Below are positions 36,172-46,800 of a stretch of 49,631 nucleotides of DNA, piece by piece. Each line of letters begins with the position of its first letter. The first letter of the stretch is position 1. Made by a program: the position numbers and the translations under genes. The notes under the pieces were generated by a model. It did not search any database and was not told where the DNA came from. It was given only the letters and a program-made list of their open reading frames with translations. Source of the stretch: Intoshia linei (Eukaryota; Animalia; Orthonectida); contig LWCA01000126.1 of the NCBI GenBank assembly GCA_001642005.1, forward strand, positions 1 to 49,631, given 5' to 3'.

Positions 36172-38854
36172 CTACACTCCCTTCCTAATTATGGTAACAA
36201 CAAATATGCAAAATCCTTCAGTCAATAGCGGTAGTACTGATCCAAATCCAAAAATATACCACATATTGTAACACTCCCAGCGTTCGACAGCAAATAAACA
36301 TAGTGTTACACAGGAACTCTTAATTAATCAATCGATATAAAATTTAAATCAAAATACCGTGTGTGATCCAATCGCTAAATTTTAATTAATTAAAACAAAT
36401 ACATTATTACATATCAGTGATTGCCAAAAAATAAACATTGAACACCCTATCAAAAATAAACACAGCTCAATTACATTAAATATTATGCATAATCCTAAAG
36501 ATCCGATATACCTAAACATTCATTTCATTAAAATTTAATTGCTGAATTCAAGAAATTTGTCATTGATTTCATAATTATTAAAACGAATAATGTAATTTGC
36601 TAATGTAAGTGTAGACTAGGATGTAGGATTAACAATTTACTAGTAAAAAGTGAATTATAGAAATACCATCCTAACTTATATAAAAGGCTACGCGATTTTT
36701 GTTTGTGTGTGTGTTCAACTTTATTTAAATAACTACCCGTCTTAGAATTTTTTAAAGACCACATTTCAATTACAGTTTTTTCTCGGGACGTATATTAAGA
36801 TAAATTTCAACCTCCCAATTTCACATCTGACGGGTCAAAAACCCTAGTTGTTCCTCTTTTTGAAAATCAAACGAGTTGGAGAATTTAAAAAATATATCAA
36901 ATTATATCTTCAGGGCCAAAACCCCAAATGCCCTTTCCTTCTTTTGAAAACAGCCCTAGAATTTCAAAAATTTTACATATTTTACAGTTGTATCCTGTTA
37001 ACACACACAGAAAATTTCAATCCGAATAAATCACGACTTCAGGGTCAAAAAAGCATTTTAGTATTCATATATTTTTTTTCCGAAATATTTTATTAAAACA
37101 AAAAATGTGAAATAATTAATTGTCCGAAAATTAAAATAAAAGATTATTCTGATAGAGCTTATTCCAGTTAATATAAATACAAAATTTCAACCCGAGAAAT
37201 CTACGCATTCCCGGTGAAAAATAATTTTTATTTAATTTTTAATTTTCAAATATTTTGATTAAAATTGAAATTATAAATATTGATCCTACAATTTCAAAAA
37301 AAATGTGGATTGTACGTCTAAACATTTCCAATAAAGACATGGGTGAAAATCTATATAATTCATTCCTTCAGAATTTTTTTGCTCATTGTTTGAAATTTAA
37401 AATAAAATGCCAAAAAGAAAAGCAACATTCACAAGAAAAAACGCCAAAATTGAGAAGATGAGACGTCTCAATGAGTTTCAAGAATAATAATAAAATAATT
37501 TAATTAGTATCATCACCTGGAAAAAAATAAATGACGATTATATGATGTACGGTAATATATTTTTGGTAGTCTTATTTTAATGGATTCGTAAAAGTGATTT
37601 GAACCATAATACATTTAATTTTGGTACGCGTACGAAATGTCCCAGACTGCTTGATTTATAAAATAAATGAATTTCTATACTACTGATAATTTTATAAGGG
37701 TGTCTACTTAAATCCAACCATTTATACTAAAAATCCAAATTTACCAACCCTAAAAGGAAAAATTCTAGTTTTACCAACCTTTAAGGGAAAAATTCCCGTT
37801 TATCAACCCTAAAAGGAAAATACTATTTTTACCAACGTTTGAGGGAAAAATCCTGTTTTACAAAATTTTGGAGTATCATATAAAAACTCAATATCACAAA
37901 CAAAACAAAATGAAGTTCTCAAATAGAAAGATTATCGATAAACAAGTTATAAACGCTTGAATACTTACTTAAACTGATGAGGAAACAAAAAACTTTTTAA
38001 AACAAAATAAAATTTTTGTATTAAAAATGGCTAGTATTTATCGCGTCAGTATTTTAGATGGTTTTTCAGTAGAAATATTGAATTTTCTGTATAAATTGAA
38101 ACTGAGAAAAAATCCTTTTGTAAAATATATTACAATACTCTATAATTGCCATAATTACATTCTATTTGTTATCCTAAAAAATATTCTGTGGTGTGAACAC
38201 GATAGAATATTTCTAATTTTTTTGTAATATGGTTGTAGGTATAGTATGGTATCTTAATAGTTCAGTTTTAACTTGGGTCTGTAATGGATGATATAACTCA
38301 AAAACAAAAACTCGATTTTTCCATTAAAGGTTGGTAAAAGTGGGTTTTCCCGTAAGGACATTTTGTCCACACACTTTAATTTTTAACGTTAAAATTAAAA
38401 TGTCCGCCCTCATCAGAGGTAGGTGCTGTTTGTACTTAGTACCAACCAGCCAAGCTAATTTATTTATAATTTTTTAAAGAACATCCTTTAATCGTTTTCT
38501 CATTTAAGAAATGATAATTACTGAAATAAGGTTATAAAAACTCTTAGAAATTTAGTAAAATTATTTAATTACTATAAAAATAAAAATATAATATTTTTAT
38601 TATTAAAATAAATTATAATATATGTATTAAAAAACTACCATTGATCTTGCAATTCATATTCCTCATTCGTGTAATCGATATGAAGTGAACTTTCAACATT
38701 AGATTTCTAAATCAAAAATGTTTAATTGTTTCACAATGGAAATAAAATAAATCGTGACGTTATAATAAACCCGAGAAAGAAGTAAACTAATCAAAATAAT
38801 ACAGTGCGCAGTAATTATAAGAAATCTTGTTGGAATAACGTTTGAAAGAATCAT
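36172..38854 (-). CDS. TMEM107: Transmembrane protein 107 (ciliary transition zone)
   Basis: Exons read MILSNVIPTRFLIITAHCIILISLLLSR | KSNVESSLHIDYTNEEYELQDQW | YIGSLGLCIIFNVIELCLFLIGCSMFIFWQSLI | SIGSHT | SSCVTLCLFAVERWECYNMWYIFGFGSVLPLLTEGF...KGV*. These match TMEM107 motifs VPSRFL..AH, EEY..QD, SMF...QSLISIG.H and ERWEC..YWYIF. Confidence 0.92.
36669..38458 (+). mobile_element. Composite non-autonomous Helitron in a TMEM107 intron, with a nested TIR element (~37697-38378)
   Basis: 5' A|TCCTAACTTATATAAAAGGCTACGCG; 3' ...GTACTTAGTACCAACCAGCCAAGCTAA|T (CTRR). The nested element has ~30-bp subterminal repeats TTTACCAACCCTAAAAGGAAAA at 37740-37860, mirrored near 38320. Confidence 0.7.
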
Positions 38855-39873
38855 TTAAAAAAATTTTTAAATATTGTGTAACTAAACAAAAATTCCTATA
38901 GCTATACTTGTGATGATATCATCAGGGTAACTATTTTAATGGATAAAAAATAACAATGTTTAGTTATGCAATGATATGAAATATAAATAGTCACCAATTT
39001 CATAATTAACAATGAAAAAGAAAAAAATCAACAGAATGAAATGAATTATACGTAGGAATATACCATGTAAATATTACATTTTAATTATCAATTACTAGCT
39101 TGATAGTTACATTTACATAGATTGTATGTACTTCGTACAAACAACATCCTAGCTCTGCCGTTTATCATTTTTAATTTTTAAAACAATCTTTAATTTATTA
39201 GAGAGAATGAGTATATAATCTTAAAGTCAAAACCGTGAAATCCTAAAAATTGTCATAAATAGCTTAAATTCTAGAAAAAATAAAATTATAAATACCGGTA
39301 ATTTATCATTATACGATTCGTATTCAATACGATATGATTGCATGGCTTCATTTTTTGTTAAATTTTTGAGTTGATTTTATTTTAAACATTTATTACAAAA
39401 AGGTAAATTGGGTTTTTGAGCCTGAAGAACTCAAATTCTAAAACTGAAAAATAAACATAAACACGCTTTAGGAAAAAATGTTTATAAATTGGGTTTTATA
39501 ATTCTACTACGTTAATTCTTTAAATATACGATAAAACAACACATACAAAGACTATTTTTGATGAAGATGTTAAGCCCTTTGAAGGTTTTTTAAGCCTTAT
39601 TTTCCAGGATTTGTTAAATAGGATTTAATTTACAAATTTTTAAACAAGTTGTAATAAACTTTGAGATTGATATTGTAATTTTGGTAACCGCACAACAGGA
39701 GATTTTAAATTTAATATAAATTAAGGATACTTCAAATAAAACAAAACATTAGATACTACATTTATGTATTTATTTCCAGTCTTCAATTTAAAATTTAACC
39801 ACAAAATTAACATGGAAACACTGATAAACTTATTGAAAATTTAATTTAAACCGTACATAAAAAATAATAAGCA

Positions 39874-42566
39874 ATGAGTAACAATAAATACCACCGTATA
39901 AAACCCAGATGTTACTTGGAAGTTTCCATAAACGATAAAATAGGTTTATTAAATTATGATATTTGATAATAAACTAAATAGAGGGGCAAATTATTGTGGA
40001 ACTTTTCGACAACATTGTACCGAAAACATGCCAGAATTTTATTTCTTTGTGCACAGGTTTAAAAATTAAAAAATGATATTATTGACATTTAGGAGAAAAC
40101 GATAAAAAGATGTCGTATTTGAATTGTCCATTTCATCGTGTTATAAAAGATTTTATGATTCAAACTGGAGATTTTGAAAATGGTTAAAATTTGTGATATT
40201 TTAAATAACTATTATAGGAGACGGTACAGGAGGTCAGTCAATTTATGGAAAAATATTCAATGACGAAAATTTGAGTCTCAAACACGACAGACCATATCTT
40301 TTTTCAATGGCAAATTGTGGAAAAAATACCAATGGATCTCAATTTTTTATGTATAATATGAAGGCTTATTTAGTCAATTTATCTATCTAGAACCACCGTT
40401 CCAACGACACACCTCGATGGGTATTTTCCCCCTTTCTAAAATCTAAACCTCTTTTAGAATACATGTAGTATTTGGACATGTTATTACTGGAGAAGATTTG
40501 ATTCGGAAAATTGAAAACACTTCCACCGACGATGATGATGTACCTTGCAAAAAGATTGTTATCAGCGATTGCGGTCAATTGATAGCAAAACCAAAAAGTA
40601 TGTTTGCAATTAGTTAGTTGGACCAATTAACCATTATTGGACCGTGGAACAAACTTCACCTTCACATTTGATTTGAATTTTTTTTCATTAACTGAGACGA
40701 TGACTAAAAAATAAAAATTAACTTTAAAGGCTCATTGACAGTACATGTAAATTCATGTGTACTAACATTTCAACCTGATGTTTAGTTGGTATATTGTTGT
40801 TTTGGTTTTTTATACATGTAATATATTTTTATTTTAGAAAAAACTAACCGCTACAGCAAAAGTGTCAGTCGATCAGTTTCGAAAAGGTTGTTTTTGTCTT
40901 ATTTTGATAATTGTTTAGCGAAGAGGAAAGTCCAGTTGATGATGGCTCCACTTTGAAATTTGATGAAATACCAAGTATTCCAGAAAACAAATTTCTTAAA
41001 CGCATTGATATTCGAGATGATGTCAGACATAATTCTAGGTTAATTTTATTTTATTTTTCGTTATTATTTTTTAGTCGTCACTATCGTCAGAATCGACGTG
41101 ATAAAGATGGTGTTAAGATTAGAGGTCGAGGTCCAGTGGTAATTTTTTATTTATATTAAATGATTCAATTCATTTGTGTATTTACTTTTAGTGCTATGAT
41201 AAACGAGAACGTAGTGTAACTCCTCCTCATTGGAGAAATGATGTTAAAAGTTGTGATAGAAGACAGGATAATAGACATGGACGGTAACTTGAATTTTATA
41301 TTTGAAGTTTTTGTGTGTTATTTATAGTATATTGTTTTGTTTTATAAACTCATCAAATTCTCAATGCATACTTTCGGTGAAATTTTGGTATAGTTTGTGA
41401 GGGGATAGGGTCATATGACGCAATCCTACTATTTTAAATTAATATATGATGTTGGGAAAAATGTTTTACGGCACAAGGGTAATAATGAAAAAAATTAATG
41501 GATATAGAAACCCAATTTGTTTTTCTATTTAACAGAATAATAGCGAATTTGTAGTTTAGACAGTGAAGGTGCATATTTTTAAATTGAAATTTATCTTACT
41601 TTCTGCACCGGAAAAAACTAGCTGAATTGTTATTTTTGAAATTTCTGTAACTCAGTTTTCTAAATAAATGGTTACACACTTATTTTTGACACTTTTTACT
41701 TTATATAAGTAAGGATTACATTTTACTATATTTTAGCTTTATGGGACGAGATGTATCTCCGCTTAGAGACAATTCTTATAAAACGTTTACAAGGAGAACC
41801 AATAATCGCCATGACGGTAGAAACTCAAAATCTAGGTCTAGGTCAAGATCATCATCTGAACCTAGACGTCGAAATGTGTAATTTATTAATTTAACTCTGT
41901 TTGGCCAGTAAATTGGAGTGAGAGTCAAAATATTTAAATTAAATATTGGGTGGCTACGTGAGAAAATTTTTTGAATTATTTACAGCGTTTAATCTGATAC
42001 TAGTTTTTTTTAAATTTTGCATTTTTTTGAACTGCCAACAAAATAAATTTTCCATTTCCTAGCCTGGTTTAGCTTATTCATAAATTAGTTAAAATAAATA
42101 TTTTAAATAGAGATCGATATATTTCTCCTTTACGAGATGACTCTTATAAATCTTTTACAAGGTAAATGTTTTTTTTATTTTATAATATATTATTTATATA
42201 AATTGTTAATTTGATAGCGTTACATATCGTGAGTCGAGATTCGGGACCATAACTGATTTGTTCATCTGGTTGTCATTGATAAAAAAACTAAAAATTACGA
42301 ATTAAGTTGATACAATCGTAAATGTTTTTTAGTGGATGATTGGATGCTAGAAATTTAAAATTTAATTTTTTCTAAAATCCATTTATGAGTCATAAGTTTT
42401 TGGTTAGGGAAAAAACTTTTTATAACCTATAAAATAAGAAAAATGTAATATAAAAAAAAGACTCAAGAAAAAGTTATGCCATATTAATGTAATGATTTAT
42501 TATGGTACAATATTTAATTTACTTTTTAGAAATGTGAAAAGAATTTCTCCGTCTATTGAAAAATAA
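39874..42566 (+). CDS. PPIG: SR-type cyclophilin (PPIG/NKTR/Moca-cyp family) peptidyl-prolyl isomerase
   Basis: [10 protein letters not shown]..., [65 protein letters not shown]...HLDG.HVVFGHV. Family motifs [17 protein letters not shown] and RSVTPPHWR follow, then an RS-rich tail ([11 protein letters not shown]). 3' end approximate. Confidence 0.92.
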
Positions 42567-43434
42567 CCGTAATATTTAAATATTAAATAAAATTTAGTTT
42601 TTTTCACACTTTTATTATATTTAGTATACATTAGGGCAGGCTTTACCAACCTTTTCGAAGCTATACCCCTTTTTTACTAAATTTTTTATGTGACCCCGTT
42701 GTATATTTTTACAAATAATTAATGATGATTAAAAAATGATGCATTTTAGATTTTTAGGATTCTTCTGTATCAGTGTTTTTTAAGCGGGGTGATACGACCC
42801 CTAGGGGTTCTAGAATACTTTTTTTATTTTTTGACTAAAAATTTCAAACATTCGATTTCAAAAATAAAATTGATTATAATGTAGTAGCTGCTGACTGTAA
42901 GTATTATATTCCAAAAGAGTAAAATCATTTCAATTCATTAGCGCAACCGATAATTTTATTTCGGTAAACCGATTTGACAACACTACCCTGGTATATATAT
43001 ATTCATGAGTATTGTTATTCTAAATAAGAACAATATAATATATTATATTATTTGTTTTTTTTGTAAATTAAATTATGTTACCCTACCACTTACAAGGAAA
43101 AATTATCACATTAATAGACTGTAAACGTGTTCAATGCGTTAAAGGAAAAAATTATAATTTTTCGAAGGAATATAAACTTTGACTAAATGGAACATATGGT
43201 TGATATACAAAGTTATATATCTTATTAAGATATATTAAATTATTGTAATCATTTGACAACATGAAAAGATGATTTTGATGCTAGATTCAAGTGTTTATAA
43301 AATTTAAAAATACAATTATATTTTATTTGTAATAAAGTAAAAAGTTTATTGATTGATATTTATTGAATTTTTTAAAATAATACTCATCGTAATAATATAT
43401 ATACATATATATATTAAAATAATAATAATTTTTA

Positions 43435-43534
43435 AGTTAGATTTTCAACGTGAATTTATTTTTTTGGTATAACAAAAGAGTGCCCTCGGCAGAGCTAGGT
43501 GCTGTTTGTACGTAGTACAAAACTGCCAAGCTAG
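43435..43534 (+). mobile_element. Helitron 3' terminus
   Basis: GTGCCCTCGGCAGAGCTAGGTGCTGTTTGTACGTAGTACAAAACTGCCAAGCTAG|T: subterminal hairpin plus CTAG followed by T. Related copies at ~5670-5710(-), 17776-17830(-), 28880-28935, 38402-38458, 39125-39160(-) and 49171-49224. Confidence 0.8.
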
Positions 43535-43858
43535 TACAATATACTGTAGAGGCTCCAAAAAATGTGTGGATGAAAGGACGGTTACTAAATGACACGGATA
43601 ATAACGTTTGTAGCATTCCCATCGTTTTTGGTTTTCTATTTTCTCTATCAATGACAATTTTCCCGGTCATTCAATTATTATTAATTGGATTTTTTTCTTT
43701 TGAACATCACGAAATGAACACTTTTATACATCTTAGACAAATAAACGAAAATATTGAAACACATACATGTAACATTGAATTTGAAAGGATAACAGTGATT
43801 TATTAAAATGTATTATAACAAGTAAATAAAATAGAGAATTTACAATAATAGTTGTTAT

Positions 43859-46800
43859 TTACTGATTTAAATTAAATTCTTGAAGGGTTTTTAAACGCTT
43901 CGTTACAGCTAAGGTAACTAAATTCTGTATTAAATATAAAAAATAAATGTAGACTACGCAAATCTATTTGATTTTTATCTTTTTTATCAATAGGTCCGCT
44001 AATTTCACTAGCTTGAAATGAAAAAAAATGCAGCAACATATAAGCCCATAAATACTTCATGAAAGCTGCTTCAAAAGAACCTAAACGTTCTTCATGTATA
44101 CCCTCTTTGCACTAAAAAATAAATAAATAAGTAAACATTAATAAAAAAGTGGAATTGTAACATGTTGTAATAAATTTCTCGATCAAAATTATAATTACTA
44201 ATTTAACAGCATGCTTGAATAAAATAGTATCAGCGGTAGGGATTTGAGTAATATGATATTTATATTTTTGACAATCTAAATCAATCTGATTCAACAATTT
44301 TGTAGCGACAGATATTGACAATTTGAGATATTCAAAAGAATCTTGAATAACTAAAAAATAATAAACTAAAAATAAAAAAAATATACCGGTGACAGTATTG
44401 TGGCACAGTTGTAATTTTTCTTGATTGATTAAATTAACAGCCATTTGAAGAGCATTTTTAAGTAAATCAATTATTCGATAATGTAAAACCAACTTTTCCA
44501 AGTTTTTAGTAAAATTTACCTTGATTGCATCATTCAAAGGTTTGTACATGTCAAAATTATTTTTACCAATATTTAAAATAATGTCAAGTTTATCAATTTC
44601 ATTTGATTCATACGACATTGCCGTAATAATGCACTCGACAATGTTTAAGATATAATTTAGTTTAGACAACCCTTCTCGATGTGATTTTTCCATCATAGCT
44701 GAACCGTCTAGACTTGGGGCGTAAAACGTAATGATTTGGTTAGGTTTATCCTTTTTTGAAAATTTGTTTAATGTATAATTTGAGGTATTGGATTTTAATT
44801 CAGAATCATATTCCGAATCGGGTTGGCAAAGGCTATAAAGGGATCTATTGTACTGACTTGTTTTTTTATTGGAAATGTTCGTTGCGTATAAACTCGTTGG
44901 AACACAAAATTGAAATTTTGAACAATCTTCTCTTTCATATAATGATTTTTCCGTCAAAATTCTGCAAGAATGTTGATGAAGATTTTCATTGTCTAAAGAA
45001 AAATTCATAGCACTTATAGCTCTGCGTTTGTTTGTGAATCCTTTATATAATCCCTTTTCATTTTTTGCATCAAATTTACAGCCTGACTTCAATCCACACA
45101 CAAATGATGAAGATGGAAAAGGGATCTGTGATCTTTGCCACATTCCGGAAGGTGGTGTTCCGACAGAGAATTGAACTAGTGGATATAATAATTAAAGTGA
45201 AAAAGTTTACCTGAGGGAGGTGTAAGCGAATCAAAACAAATCAAATGGCCAGATCTATGTTGATACCGTTTGTACGAAGCATTCTGCAAATCTATTTTAC
45301 CCGACACAGACAAACATTCTTGTTCGAGTGGAATTTCTGTTGTACTAAAATAAGAATTGTCCAAATTGTTGATTCTATGATTGTGAATTAATTTATCATT
45401 AAAATAAAAAGTACCCAAAAACGTCAGTTAAATTAAACTTTCGTTTAGGTTGAGCAGATATATTGCCATAAGTGTCACTTTCTGGCATGTTACGTGGGAC
45501 AATTACGAAACCTTCGTCGGTCAATTTAGTGATATCTACTTTTTTAGCCAATTCTGGTTTTTTGTCTTCATTTTCAATATTTTTCAAATGTATTCTCTAA
45601 AATAAAAATAGTACCTTTTATATTGGTAAATATAAGTTAAAATTGTATGGAAATATAGTTACCATCGATATCAAGGATATAGTAATAATAATATGGACGA
45701 CACACTCTTACTGTTTTATAAAGGGTTACCAATGCTTACTGATAATATGGAGGGTTAACCCTTTCAAAGTTTGTAATTTGCATAAATTGTAAAAAAAATA
45801 CCTTAGTAGAATATTTAACTTTAATAAATGTTGGCGTACGATTTGAGACGGCATTTAATATTTTTTGGGATAGAAATTTGTGGTTTTTAAGTTGTTCTAA
45901 AATAAAATTATATAAGAAAACATAAAAAACAGTACCAACAGTACATCGATTTTTCGGATCTTTGATTAACATATGATCAATTAATGATTTTAATGTTGGG
46001 CATACATTTTGGTGTAATCTAATCAAATATTGTAATAATGATTTTACAGTCAGTTTAATAATATAATTACTTTAAGGTGACATTTTTTGATCGCATAATA
46101 ATTTGTCTCAAAGTATGAGGATTGTTAGCTGTGTATGGATGCTTATTGGTTATACATTCAAATAAAATCGCTCCAATACTCCAAATATCAGCCTTCAGAT
46201 CATATTTACGATTTAAAATGATTTCTGGAGCCTAATTTAACATGTAACAATATAATATCAAATTAACCATATATAATGGAGACCCACAATAAGTACGAGC
46301 CATTACTCCATCGTTCAATATTTTCGCAAATCCAAAATCAGCTAAATTGAAAATGTATGCATTTGTAGATAAAAGGTTCAAAATATGACATAAAATAGTG
46401 ATAATTATACATTATAAATATTATAATAATATTTATTTATTTTAATAATAAGCATACCAATTTTAATAATAACATTATCAAAACTTTTATTATCTCCATT
46501 GTAGTGTAGCAAAATATTCTTGAAATAATAATTAGTTTATTTAAACTTATACTTTACTTGAGGTTTCAAGTCTCTGTGAACCAAATTTTCGCGGTTAAAT
46601 AATTCCAGCACACTAACTAAACGTTGTACAATTATTCAAAATTAATAATTAATTAGACCAGTCATGCGCCAAAGAGGGTAGCGCCAGATACTGTGATTAT
46701 TTTCAGATAATATAGTATTCTGCATCTTATCATTAAAAAGTAGTGTTCATCGCAAAATTTTTTCCAAGAGTTGGCTGAAAAAAAGTTGACGAATTCTGAA

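Noticed and set aside
36848-37461. ORFs of 82 and 68 aa (also 48070-48261, 8898-9095 and 2070-2318)
   Set aside because: They lie within multi-copy non-autonomous repeats and the frames are not conserved between copies.
37735-37865. Regularly spaced ~30-bp repeats resembling a CRISPR array
   Set aside because: Tandem subterminal repeats of a TIR transposon with no unique spacers, no cas genes and a eukaryotic context.
43437-43806. Overlapping ORFs, including the TAPSSAEGTLLLYQKNK peptide repeated at 49036-49221
   Set aside because: The shared peptide is the antisense translation of the Helitron 3' terminus, not a gene family.
44756-45174. Plus-strand ORFs overlapping ULK1, and the minus-strand ORF 40387-40626 over the cyclophilin
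   Set aside because: Antisense shadows of real coding exons.
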